Notes under the pieces: model-generated
Database searches by the model: none
What the model saw: only the letters and a program-made list of their open reading frames with translations
Told to the model about the DNA's origin: nothing
NCBI GenBank assembly: GCA_025558095.1
Contig: JAIVFI010000034.1
Span: forward strand, 62,001 to 126,000
Source: Hyaloraphidium curvatum SAG 235-1
Lineage: Eukaryota > Fungi > Monoblepharomycota
Direction of reading: 5' to 3'
DNA: 64,000 nucleotides
Made by a program: the position numbers and the translations under genes
In this document: one piece after another, positions 44,931-56,514 of the stretch
Position numbering within the stretch: the stretch's first letter is position 1
Layout of the letters: each line of letters begins with the position of its first letter

Positions 44931-46641
44931 TCAATCGGACCTCGAGAAGCTGATGGTGCGGCTGACAAAGTCGCGGCGGTCCGGCGCCCTCCACCGGTCT
45001 GCGGAGCACGGCATCAGCCCATCCGTTCGTCCCTCTGCGCTGCCCCGCACCGGCGACGCACCTGCATAGTATATCCTCCCCGTGTTGCCGGGGCACCACG
45101 CGCTCCCCCCACCGTCGCACACCACGGTGGCATGCCACGCCCTCCCCCCCGCGCCGTCCGCGGACCCCGTCAGGAACCTCGGGCTCTCCCAGCCGTTCGG
45201 GTCGGAGATGTTGGGGTTGCCCGAGATCCACAGCGAGTTGTCCTGCCAGCTCTGCCAGATGGCGACCCACTTGTTGAGGTAGACGTTGAAGTGGATGCCG
45301 GGGTTGGAGCCGGCGCGGATGGCGAGCCCGCGGATGTCGTTCCTGCACAGCAGCATGGGCGGAAAAGTCAGCCGCGGCCCCGCTACACATCCCGCGCACG
45401 CGCACGCACCAGTTGAAGCTCCCGTCGCCGTTCTGCTGCCCCCCCACCGCGAAGCTCTCCCCCCCCAGCCCGGGGTTGACGAACCCGCGCCTCGGCCCGG
45501 CGTACTTGTACCACGTCCCCGGCCTGCCGTCCGGGTCCGACGACACCGCCATGCCCAGCCAGTAGTCCCCCGCGTAGAGCATCACCCATCGGTTGTTGAA
45601 GTAATCCCAAACGGCGCCGAAGTCCCCGTTCCCGCCGAACTGCGCGTTCCAGTTCGGCGGCCTGGGCTTGGAGCTCGTGACGATGACCCCGCCGGTGGTC
45701 CAGGTGACCCCGTCGTCGGCCGAGTACGCGACGCCGATGGACTTCCACGCCGCCGCGCCGCCGTTGAGCGGGTCGCCGTAGTTGTCCTGCGCGTGGAAGA
45801 AGCCGACGAGGTTGGCGCCGCCCTTGGTGGGGTGCCGGGTGATGGACATGAGCCACTTGCCGCCGTTGTCGTAGCCCTGCGCACCGCGGGGCATCGTCAG
45901 CAGGTTGCAGGGCGTGGGAAGGGATCGGGACGCACCTGGCCGTTGTAGGCCCCGCCGTACACGTAGCGGCTGGGCTCGAGCAGCGCCGTGTCCTCGAAGA
46001 AGGGCGAGCGGTACGACCGGGTGCGGTAGTTGCTCGACTCGCTCCAGAACTGGATCCAGCCGTTTCCGGAGGAGTGCGGGATGACGGGGACGAAGCACTG
46101 CGGCGGAGGCGGCGTCAGCACGGGAAACCGAGGCCGGGAAGCGACCCACGTCCGGGGTTACGTGATAGAAGTTGCTCCACTGGCGATCGACGATGTTGGG
46201 CACGAGGCCGTAGGGTCCAAGGCTGACGGACCACTGGTTGGAGGGCGCCCGGACGGCGGCGGGAGGGGGCTGCAGCACGGCGCCGGTGCCGGGCGGGGCC
46301 GGGGGCGGCGGCGGCGGCGGCGGGGGCGGCGCCGGCGGTTGCGTCGTCCGCACGATCCTCTTGGTCGTGATCTTCCTCCTGGCCGTGGTCTTGCGCCTCT
46401 TGGTCGTCGTCCGCTTGGGGCGCGGGCGCAGCACCGTGTGCTGGACGAGCTGCCGCGCCGCGAGCATTCGCGCCCTGCTGGGCCCCTCGTGGGCGACGGG
46501 GACGCCCATCGCGCGCTCGGGAGCGCCGTCGGCGGCCGCGGGGGCCGCGATGGCCGGAACCGCGGCGGCAGAGGCACCGCCCGAGAGCGCGAGGAGCGCC
46601 GCCGCCGCGGCGGCGAGCCGGCGCCACACCCCGGACCGCAT
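44931..46641 (-). CDS. Secreted beta-propeller glycoside-hydrolase-like protein (Asp-box), multi-exon
   Basis: Signal peptide; GFFHAQD, WKSIGVAYSADDGVTW (Asp-box), GGNGDFGAVWD, NPGIHFNVYLNKWV. Confidence 0.65.
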
Positions 46642-46900
46642 CAGTGCCTTGTGACGGATCGGATCGCAGACTGATCGGTCAGCGGCGTCGGCCGGAGGGA
46701 CCGGAATGCATTCGGCGGTTCGGTGGTTGACGGCAGGCGCAGGCGATCCCCTAAAGTGACGGTTGCCGCAGCTCGCCGCAGCTGCGGATCCCCCGAACCG
46801 TCGTCTCCCGATCGTCAGCACGGACCGAATCAGCAAAACGCAACACCACACTTGCAATTACACTACTGCGGTCGATCTCGATCGGGCATACATAAAGAAA

Positions 46901-47827
46901 CTAGAGCTTGGCGGCGGCCGGCTGCCATCCCTGCTGGTCGATCTTTATCCACTCGGTTGGCACCTTGCCCTTCTTCCAAGCCCCAAATTCGTCCTCGGAC
47001 AGCATCCTCAGCCCGAGAATGTCCCTCTCGTCCTCGCTGAACACCTTCTCGGCCACCGAAGCCGGCACCGGCGCCCTCCTCGCCGCAAAGTCCGCCCTGC
47101 TTTCGTAGAACGCCATGTGCATCCCCAACCGCGGATCGGGCGAATCGTTCCGCGTGCCTCCGTGGTACGTGAAGGGGATGTTGACGACTACCGAGCCCCT
47201 GGGGGCCTCGAGGATCACCTCGCCCGGATGCTCGCGGATCGTCGCCCCGCGCCCCTTGAGCACCTCCCGCGGGCCTTCGGCCAGTGTGTGGGTGCCCGGG
47301 ATTGCACGCGGGGCGCCGTTGCGGAGAGTGAACGGCGACAGGGCGACAAGGCAGTTGGCGCCGCGGGCGGTGCGGTCGACGTTGTCCCGGTGGATGGGTT
47401 GGAGGCCGTGGCCGGGGAGCACGCGCCGCGAAGTGAGGGACTCCAGGTGGAATGCACGGCCACCAAAGACATGCTGCACGGCGGCGAGGATCTTGGGGTT
47501 CAGGAGCAGCGGGCGGCACACCCCGGCGGTGTCTTTGGAGACCATGTTTCCGACCCGCACGACGCCCTCCTCGATTTGGTGGTCCTTGCCGACGGCGTCG
47601 CCCTCGGCCCGCTCCAGCGTGGAAATAAAGTCCTCAATCGCCCTTGTCTCGTCCTCGGAGAGGATAGCCGGCAGGACGAGGAACCCGTCGCGGTCGAACG
47701 AGGCGACCTCCGCCGGCGTCAGCAGCGATTTGGAAACCCCGAGCGCCGCGAGCGCGGCGTCCTGCCGCGGGTCCGGCGGCGCGGGAGGCAGCGCGGGCGC
47801 CACGGCGGGTTCCTCGTAGGCAGACAT
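46901..47827 (-). CDS. Phytanoyl-CoA dioxygenase (PhyH) family Fe/2OG enzyme, PTS1 -AKL, intronless
   Basis: FDRDGFLVLPAIL, QPIHRD, NGAPRAIPGTH, YHGGTRNDSPDPR; ends AKL. Confidence 0.9.
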   Translation of the reverse strand: MSAYEEPAVAPALPPAPPDPRQDAALAALGVSKSLLTPAEVASFDRDGFLVLPAILSEDETRAIEDFISTLERAEGDAVGKDHQIEEGVVRVGNMVSKDTAGVCRPLLLNPKILAAVQHVFGGRAFHLESLTSRRVLPGHGLQPIHRDNVDRTARGANCLVALSPFTLRNGAPRAIPGTHTLAEGPREVLKGRGATIREHPGEVILEAPRGSVVVNIPFTYHGGTRNDSPDPRLGMHMAFYESRADFAARRAPVPASVAEKVFSEDERDILGLRMLSEDEFGAWKKGKVPTEWIKIDQQGWQPAAAKL

Positions 47828-48190
47828 GCTTCAGAGGAAAGGATTACGGCGAAGGGCCTGGTGGGAGAAACAGGAAACAGGTGGCGGAGCCGGGCGGCTG
47901 GGTCCGGTCTTTCTTGATCGAGCCGGCTCATTCTCATTCTCGACTCAAACATCCTGAGGATTAGTTCAAAGCAGTTACGCCTTTCTGACCAAGCCCACAA
48001 TCGTGTCATCCGTCCCCGTGGCGTATCACCGGCGTGGGGTTCACCTCCCTACCTCGTGCACCCATGGACTGGACTGCCTATCTGGTAGCGTCACGGCCCG
48101 CCGAATCGATCAGTGTCATACTTTAATCGCAAAGAAGAAAGCGATTGCACTCTGAGAACTGCTGGATCCCTAGAACACCGCTTGCCTGCT

Positions 48191-49366
48191 CTAAACGGCA
48201 TTCGTCATGTGGCACAGCTGGCAGTTGTACTCGTCGGCATCGCCGGTGCAGCTGTCCATCGCGCACTTGCCCCAGAAGCCGGTGTCGCCTTCCTCGGGGG
48301 GCTCGGCAGCCGCCTTGGACAGCACCCAGGCGCTCCACCACTCCTTGAGCACGGCGTGGGGAAGGCGGATGGACTCGAGCTGGATCTTGGTGGTGTACTC
48401 CTCGATCCCGGGGTGGTAGGCGAAGCGCATCTTGATACCGGGAGCGAAAAATTGCTTCGAAGCACCGTTGCGCATCAGTCACCGAGGAGCTCGTCATTCA
48501 GCAGCGGGCCCACCTCGTGGAAGACCCGTCCCCTCTTCGCGCCGAACTCGTCAGAACCGTCGTACTCCTCTTCACTTTTCTCATTTGGTCGGAGTCTTCG
48601 TCGCCTTCGTCCTTGCAATGACCCTTGAATTTGAGCCACTCGTAATCGCGGTCACGGCGCTCCAGCTCCGCAACCTGCTCGGGCACGTTGATCTCGACAG
48701 TGAAGCGGGGCAAGCTCTCCCGGCCGAAGAAGATCCGCGCTTTGCCCGAAGCATGCTCCAGGTGGCAGAAGTTGCGCGCCGTCCAGCCCTGGAGGTTAGG
48801 CCCGCGGCCCTGAATGTGTCCTCGCCAGGGGCGCGCGCTCGTGGGGGCGGACCTCGCCGAGCGGGAACGGGACGTCGGGGTGATTGTAGCCCGGATCACG
48901 CTCCATCCCCTCCTTTGCGTTGGCGACCATCACGGCCTTGACGACAAGCTTCTGCTTGGTCCAATCATCGCAGGACAGGCAGAGGCAGAGGGGGGGCTAC
49001 GAGACTCGGAGTAGTTGAACCCCGGCTCGCAGTCCTTGCCCCGGTAGTCGGCGACCATCACGGCGCGAAGAAGGAGGCTCTCGTAGGATCAATTGCGGTG
49101 GCACAGCCTGTCGGTTTCGGCGGCCACGTCGGCGCAGAGGGAGCAGCAGGTCTGGCCCAGCCTCACTAGGGCCGCCGAATCGGCATTGCGGGCGAGGGCG
49201 TCGAACAAGAGCAGGAGAACAAGGAGGTCCGTCCACGAGGTGGGAGGTACGAGTGTTGCATCGGCCTCCGGTCGGAGTCCTCCAGGCGGGACTGTTTGGC
49301 CCTCGATTCCCGGTGCGCATCGCCGTCCCCGGGCCGCTTATTCGGGGGCAACGGCGCGGCGGACAT
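48191..49366 (-). pseudogene. Degraded F-box-like gene
   Basis: MSAAPLPPNKRP... shifts frame to TSWTDLLVLLLLFDAL...LVRLGQTC..L, then in-frame TGA (~49090); further protein-like fragments in alternating frames end in a Cys-rich tail. Confidence 0.4.
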
Positions 49367-49652
49367 CGCCTGATGCCAAAGATAGGATGCGCGAGGCAGA
49401 GACGGGCGGAGTGTTGAGTGCCAGCTCAATCTCCATCCGGAAATCGTTGGCGCTTCGCTTGGCGGCGCAATCAATCAATCGCGCCCGCGGCCAGCCGCGG
49501 GGGGCATGCACCGAATCTCCGCACCACGCGTCCTCGCCGCCATACTCGTCCCATCGCGCAATTTCAGCTCCATCGTAACTCGGCCTACCTTTTGCTCCAC
49601 TCCGCACAGCGCCGAGAAGCCAGCTCTGCGCCCTGCCCCGCACCGCGCCGGG

Positions 49653-50373
49653 ATGTCCTCAGACTCCAAGGCCGACTACGGCAAGGACATCTTCAACGAG
49701 CCTGCCGGGAGTCCCTTTACCCTCGAACATCTCGGCCCCCTCGCGGCGCTGGCGGGCACCTGGCGCGGCCTGAAGGGCCGGGATGCGCACCCCGTCGCAG
49801 AGGGCGCCGAGAAGAACGCGTATGTCGAGACTTTCGACTTGCAACCGATAGACCGGCAGACGAACGGGCCTCAGCTCTTTTACGGCCTGAGATACCATCA
49901 GCACATCACGAAGCCGGGTGAGCTGGAGACTTTTCACGACCAGGTTGGCGGCGAAGGCCAGCACGTTGGTTTCAGCTGACGCTCTTCAGGTCGGCTACCT
50001 CCTCTGGGAACCCGCAGCCAGGCGCGTCATCTACACCATGACCATCCCCCGCGGCCAGGCCGCGATGGCTGTCGGCCCTGCCGACGCCGACTCCAAAACG
50101 TGGACCTGCAAGGCCTCCCAGGCCGACCCGCACGCGGGCATCCTCTCCAACGACTTCCTGGACAAAGCGTTCAAAACGACGGCGTGGGAGATGACCTTCG
50201 AAGTCGGGCCGGGGGATAGCTGGGGGTACACACAGACAACGACGCTGGTGATGGAGGGACGGGGTGAGTTCCCGCACACGGACGCGTCGAGGCTGACGAG
50301 GATCGCGCCGCCGAGGCTGAACCCGCTGGCCGAGGCTGCGAAGGAGGCGGACAAGGGGGCGGAGAAAGAGTGA
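49653..50373 (+). CDS. Nitrobindin/THAP4-like (DUF1794, bacterial FABP-type) beta-barrel protein, intron ~49944-49990
   Basis: LGPLAALAGTWRG, TNGPQLFYGLRY, TFHDQ|VGYLLWEP, TIPRGQ, FPHTDASRL. Confidence 0.85.
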
Positions 50374-50667
50374 CGGGCAGAAATGTGGGCTAAGATATAG
50401 AACGGCACGAGGGCAGGCATCGCCATCATTATATGATTCGCTACAAGTAAGATAGGCTGCCAACTCTAGTCAAGGCTCGGCGATGCCTTTATCTCCATTG
50501 AGACTGTCCATTCAGGTGCCTTTGGGGAACACTGCTAGCATATTTGATGAACCAACAGGAAACGCAAGGGTCCAACTTCTCCGCGATACTGTAAGGCGGC
50601 TACGGCCTCGAAGTGCCATCTTCCGGCACAGCAACGATCTCCTGGTGCGCTCTGGCCTGGATCTGCA

Positions 50668-51530
50668 CTAGGGAAGACGGCGGCTCGTGGACTTCCGCCT
50701 AGAGGACGTGCGCCTTTTAATGGGCAACGTGACGACAGGTCTCGTCTGCGGGACCGGGAATCGGGTCAGATGCTGTATCGGGGCAAGGTGCGGCAAGCCG
50801 TGCCCACAAAGCTCCTCGAGCTGGACCGCACGGGCGTCGTGGTGACCCGCTTGGTCGTGCTCGTGGTCGTGCTCGTCGTCCTGCTGCGCGTCTTCGTGCG
50901 CGTGCTGGTCCGCGTTCGCGTCCGGGTGCGGGTGGTTTGCGTGGTGAGGAGCCGCGTCGAGATCGTGATGACGGACCTGCTCGGGCTGACGAAGCCGGCC
51001 CCGACGCCGCCGCCGCCGAGGGTGGCGACACCCCGCCCCTGCGCGTCGTAGAAGACGACGGTGCCCAGGTTCTGGATGGACATTCTGACGGCGGTGCGGC
51101 CCTGGTTCGACACGGTGATGCGCGCCCATACGGTTCGGACGCCGAACGAGTTGCAGCTGAGCGTGATGGTGCCGTTGGCCTCGAAGCGCGACGTGTAGCC
51201 ACCCAGCGCGGGGAAGCCGCATTGCGTCTGGGCGGGGTCAAGACGCAGGCCCATTCGCCACATGGCGTACGGCGTCTGGCCGGGCTGCCGCGTGTCGTAG
51301 ACAATGCGCGGCTCGCCGTCGTTGAACACGAACGTCCAGAAGCCCTCTTGCGTGGTGATCTCGGCGTCGTCGTAGCCGGCGCGCGCCTCGGAGCAGAGTG
51401 AGCGGTTGTTCCAGTTGGAGACGCCGCGCAGACACGGCAGCTGCTGCCGTGGCGCCAGCGCCGCGCCGCCGAGTGCCGAGCACTGCAGCACCGCCGCCGC
51501 CGCCGCGAGTAGGAGGGCGGCCGCGCGCAT
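50668..51530 (-). CDS. Secreted bulb-type-lectin-like protein with Thr/Arg-rich tail (intron 50746-50807)
   Basis: Signal peptide; three degenerate QxDxNxVxY-like strands (FNDGEPRIVY, FEANGTITL, IQNLGTVVFY); spliced end KRRTSSRRKSTSRRLP*. Confidence 0.55.
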
Positions 51531-51833
51531 CGCGGCGTGGGCAGGTGCTCAAGTGCTGTGTCGTGCGGTTCGGCTTGCCGCGATCGGTCAGGCAACGGCC
51601 GGCGCGGAGCGGCCCGGCGGCTGATGCTGGCCGGCAGCCCAAAATCGGTGCGCCTATCCCTCCGCGCATCCCCTCCCCGGCCTTCAGGCAATCCATCTCT
51701 TGACCGGTTCGATCGACCACTGAGCTACTGAGAAGCACCGGCCAATCCGTGCTGCTGCACGGAATAGGGCGTAAGGCCCCTTAGCCAAGGTGATCCGATT
51801 GTGTATCGACAAACTCGATCACGTCGGCAAAAG

Positions 51834-53105
51834 CTAGTCTTCATCTCCGTCACGCCCGTCCATCCACGAGAAGTGCTCCTCCGTCAGCATCCCGTGCTGA
51901 AGCCAGTTGTCCACGTCTGCCACCATCCACTCGGGCATCGGCGGCCCTTCCTTCTCGTAAGATTCCTGCGACTCGCCGTCGAACGGCACTGCGTGCGACA
52001 CCAGGAGCAGCCTCATCGGCCGTCGCGAAAGGTCCGAAAAGAGCAACGACCCGTCGCTCCGCAGGTGTTTGAACCCGACCGTCGCGTCCAGCTCGCACTC
52101 GGCCAGCACCGTGGCCGTCGGCGATTCGAGGTCCATGAAAGAGAAGCCCTTGGCAAGGTCCTTGACCTGGTCGAATAGCGCGTACAGCTCGGGCAGCTGG
52201 GCAAACATCCTTCGGAACTCGGGGATGTTCATGAAACCAGGGATGTCCTCGAACGAGCGCGCCGAGTTCGCGCGGTAGAGGTATCCGGAGAAAACGAGGA
52301 GTTTGGCGTCCGTCACTCCGAGTGAGATACCGCCCACATCAATCCTCCGCCCTTCGGAGTGGTGCTCGTCCGCAATCGAGTCCAGAATGCCCTCCAGCGT
52401 CTCGCTGCTGACCACATGGGCCAGCGGTCCTCGCCGAACGAGGCCAAAGTCCTCCCCCCGGAAGATAGAATGGAATCCCGGCGCGTTATACACAGGCTGT
52501 AGCGTCGTGAGGTCCACGTGCGGCCCGTAGACAACCACGACGTCGTTGACGTACGAACCGTGGACTGCGGGTAGCGTGATCTCGACGCGCTCCCCGCGGG
52601 CCTGCAGCCGCTCCATGGGTCCGGCGAACGCGTCCATGAGCGAAGGAGCGGCGATGTGCCGCAACTCCTCGGGGTCGCCCGAGTTAAGAGCAGCAACCAA
52701 CACCTCTGCCGCCTCCTTCGCACCCTCTGGCAGCTCGCGCTTAAAGAACCCTGCTCCAAAAAGCATATTCTCGGCCGCGGCAAACTCCATGCGCGCCTGC
52801 GCAGCGAGCACCTTCCCCGCCACGCGCTCCCGGAGCCGCGCAGGCGGTATGCAGGCGAGCGCCGTGTGCCGCGTCTCGCAGTCGGGGAAGCACCACGGGA
52901 ACGCGTCCGTATCGGCCGCGTACGATGCGGCGTTGTCGAACTCGGCGGCGCCCCGCCGCGGAAACCACTTCTGCAGTCCGAAGATCCGCCGGTGGACGAA
53001 GACGCGTCGAGCAGCCGCGGGCGTGGCGACACGTTCGTGCCAAGGAGGCCCACGAGAGGCGCGGAGGAGCGCTGCAGCCCGGCGGGCGGGGCTCAGGGGG
53101 TGCAT
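51834..53105 (-). CDS. Hypothetical protein with mitochondrial-like presequence (possible Tim44/NTF2-like fold)
   Basis: Open frame of about 423 codons from MHPLSPARRAAALLRASR; GAKEAAEVLVAALNSGD..L and WMVADVD segments. Confidence 0.6.
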   Translation of the reverse strand: MHPLSPARRAAALLRASRGPPWHERVATPAAARRVFVHRRIFGLQKWFPRRGAAEFDNAASYAADTDAFPWCFPDCETRHTALACIPPARLRERVAGKVLAAQARMEFAAAENMLFGAGFFKRELPEGAKEAAEVLVAALNSGDPEELRHIAAPSLMDAFAGPMERLQARGERVEITLPAVHGSYVNDVVVVYGPHVDLTTLQPVYNAPGFHSIFRGEDFGLVRRGPLAHVVSSETLEGILDSIADEHHSEGRRIDVGGISLGVTDAKLLVFSGYLYRANSARSFEDIPGFMNIPEFRRMFAQLPELYALFDQVKDLAKGFSFMDLESPTATVLAECELDATVGFKHLRSDGSLLFSDLSRRPMRLLLVSHAVPFDGESQESYEKEGPPMPEWMVADVDNWLQHGMLTEEHFSWMDGRDGDED

Positions 53106-53318
53106 CGTCAGCGAGACAGTTGTTTTACTTGGCGTCCCCGCCCGCACATCACACACTAGAATCGGCCGGATCGGTTCTAATGTCGACGAGAAGGAATCAC
53201 TGCAGAAAGCTCGGAAAGAATTTGTGCTACAGTGCACTTTATTGATGTCGGGGCGCGTTTGGCAATCGCGTAAACTGGGCGATTGTTTTCCGTGCCATCT
53301 TGTCTCCCCCCTTCCAAG

Positions 53319-54474
53319 ATGCCGGACTTCAACGCCGAGACGACCGCCGATGAGGCCGCGGCGCACTTTGCGGCGCAGATCCGCGGACGCACGGTGCTAG
53401 TCACGGGTGCCTCGCCCAAATCCCTCGGCGCGGAGTGCGCTCGCGTCGTGGCCAAAAACGGAGCGAAGCTCGTGATCCTTGCCGGTCGGACGCGCAAAAA
53501 GTGGGCGTGCGCGCGCTCGGAGGAGAGTCGTTCGCTGATCTGGGAGCGCTCAGCCTTGACGCGACGGCCGATGCGATCCGGAAGGAGACTCCCGGCGCCA
53601 ACGTACGGATCCTTGAGATGGATCTTGGAGACCTCGAAAGCGTTCGAAGGGCCGCTAAGGAGGTCAACTCTTTGCCGGAGAACATCAATGTCCTTTTCAA
53701 CAATGCTGCGGTCATGGCCACGCCGTACAGGCCCGTTGCCGGTACCCCTCTCGAGGAGCAGTTCTACATGAACCACATCGGTGGGTCCTCTGCCCGATTT
53801 CGTCGCGTCACCGTGCCGCTGACGTCTTAAGTGGTGCAGGCCACTTCCTCTTCACCAATCTCATTCTCACCAAGGTCCTCGCGGCCTCGAAGCCCGGCTC
53901 CCCTTCGCGGATCATCAACGTCTCTTCGCTCGGCCACGGGCGGTCGCCCATCCGCTTCGACGATCCCGGCTTCGGCGGCGGCAGGAACTACGACCCCTGG
54001 GCCGCCTACGGGCAGTCTAAGACCGCCAACATCCTTTTCTCGCGGGAGCTCGCCCGGCGGCACGGCCCGGCGCTGCTGAGCTACTCGCTCCACCCGGGAG
54101 GCATTGTGACAAACCTCGGGCGGGACCTGACCAAGGAGACGATAGAAGCCATGCAGGCCATGCGCAAGGGGGGCAACCAACCCCCACGGTCGCCGCGGAA
54201 GTTCAAGAAGATTTCCAACGGGACGTCGACGTGGGTCATCAGCTTGCTTTTCCTTCCAACATGTCGCTCACCATGGTGCTTGATCTCGGCCAGCCACATC
54301 GTCGCGGGTTTCGATCCAGCAATCGCGGACCGCAACGGTGCCTACCTCCAGGACTGCAAGGTGGACGAGGAGGCGTGCGCCGAGTATGCCAAGGACCTGG
54401 CGAACGCGGCCCGGCTGTGGGAGATGTCGGAGCAGGTGGTTGGGCAGAAGTTCGGGGCCGGCGCCAAGCTCTAG
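53319..54474 (+). CDS. SDR, retinol-dehydrogenase/WWOX-like, PTS1 -AKL (multi-exon)
   Basis: VTGASPKSLG, MDLGDLESVR, LFNNAAVM, NHIG|HFLFT, AYGQSKTANILF, SLHPG; ends AKL. Confidence 0.92.
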
Positions 54475-54544
54475 GCGTTACCGGACTGGCCATCGGTTTC
54501 AAAGCAAGTACTAAGAGGTCTCCAATGTTCCATTTCAATTGATC

Positions 54545-55792
54545 CTAGGCAGCGACCATCTTCTCCCCGCTCATCCTCTCCATCTGCACGACCGGCGCCG
54601 CAACCTCCCTCACGTAGCCCTTCATGTTTTCCTTCGCCCCCGCGACGGTCAGGTGCCCAATGATCGAGGGCGCGAAGCGGTTGGTGTAGTACAGCACGCG
54701 GTCCCGGAACCGATTCGTTAGCATCACGTTCTGCCTCGGCTCCGCGCTCCGCATCTCGCGCTCCATGGCCTCGGCGATGGCGCTGGCTGGCAGCATCTTG
54801 CCAGGAGGCGGGATGACGTCCAGGATGCGGTCCCACCGGCTAGCCAGGGCGTCGGCGCCCCCGACGTAGCGGTTGATCGGAGATTCGCGGCCGAACGGGT
54901 CGGCCTCGTTGCCCCGGGCGCCGTCGAACTTGGCCTTGAACCGGGCGGCGGCGGCGTCGATGGTATCCTTGCGCGGCACGATGTTGGTAGCGACCCAGAA
55001 GGGCCTGATCTCGACGACCGAGATGCCGAAGGGGGCCAGCTCGGCGCGGAGCGAGTTGCAGAGCGCCTTGGCGGCGTGCTTGGACGAGGTGTAGGACCCT
55101 CCGCCGGCACCTCCGATCTCCGAGGCCACCGAGGTGACGACAATGATCTTGGGTTGGAGCAGGGGAGCTCCCCGAGCGCCCGAAAGCCGGGCCAGGTACG
55201 CCGATTGGTGCAGAAGCGGCATCATGACCTGCGTCATCCGGAGGACACCGAAGAAGTTGACTTCGAACACCTTCTTCCAGTCGTCGATCAGCGACAGGTC
55301 CGAGAAGCCGTCAAACATGGCGATCCCGGCAATGTTGTACAGCGCTGAGGGGCGAGATCAGTTAGTGGAGGTTCGCCGTTGCCAGAGAAGCTGCCCACCA
55401 AAGAGGCCCTTGCCGTCGCAGTACTTGTCGGCCAGGGCAAAGGCTGCCTTTGCACTCTCGTCACTTGTCACGTCCAACTTGAACGGGACGAGATTCTTCC
55501 TCCCGAGTCCGGTCAGCTCCTGGATCCCCGCGTCCGTGAGGCAGCCCGCGAGGACCGTGAACTCCGGCGCGCCGTCGGCGGTGGTGCGTTCCGAGAGCAG
55601 CTTGGCCGTCGCATTTCCCATGCCAGAATCGCACCCAGTGACGAGCACGACGGCATCTTTCGGAACCGCGGGTTTGGGCTTGAAAAGCCGGACCACGCGT
55701 AGCGCGACCAACGAGGCCACCGAGGCCGCGGCGATGGCACGTACGGGGTGCGATTTGGCAAACTCGACGGCCTGGGCGAGGAGTGCGGCCAT
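54545..55792 (-). CDS. SDR, RDH/BDH-like, N-terminal membrane anchor (1 intron)
   Basis: VLVTGCDSGMG, LDVT, EVNFFG, YTSSK, LRAELAPFGISV. Confidence 0.9.
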
Positions 55793-56296
55793 GTTGGGCG
55801 TGTTTCGAGTGAGTTGTTGAGGGGGACAGGGCCGGATGAATTGCCGGCGCCGGCGCCAAAGGGGGCTCTGCTGGGCTTTCCGCACGAACCAAGACGACAT
55901 CGAATGAACGAGACGCTGCTATTCCTCGGCAAGTCCGCCGACGAACCACTCGTCCGTCCGGACGTCGTTGATCGGAGGCCTGCGGTTCGGGCAATCCTCC
56001 TCGTAGTGTCCATCCGAGTCATCCGAGTCATCCCCGCGATCTGGGCCGGCCCCCGCCATGTGGCACAGCCCGAACACCGACCTACCGTCCTCCCGGAACT
56101 CCCCGAACCCGTGGCTCCCCTGCTCCGGGGGCCGCGGGGAAGCATGGGAGACCGCCCAGGCGGTCCACCCCCGGAGTGCGGCGGGCCAAAGGTAGATAGC
56201 TTGATCTATCTAACTAATGTGTTTCACCTACTTCGTGGTAGACGGAGCGATTGTTAGGCAGCCAATGTTGGCCATCTTCATCGTCTCTTCCTCGGA

Positions 56297-56350
56297 ATCA
56301 TCGCTTCCCTCCACATCATCATCGCTTCCCTCGGCATCATCGCTTCCCTC
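56297..56350. repeat. Three copies of ATCATCGCTTCCCTC in a divergent intergenic region
   Basis: Exact 15-mer at 56297, 56318 and 56336. Confidence 0.85.
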
Positions 56351-56514
56351 AGCCTCTTAGCTTCGGTCCGCGTCGGCAATACCCTGCGGAACGCGGAACT
56401 CGACAGTCCAACGGGACCGCCGGACGGAGCGAACGAGGTCGATCCAGTGCCGTGCCACGGAAATTCCCTTTCACGTGACCATCCGGGTCAACGGGAGGCT
56501 CGTAACTCCGCGAA

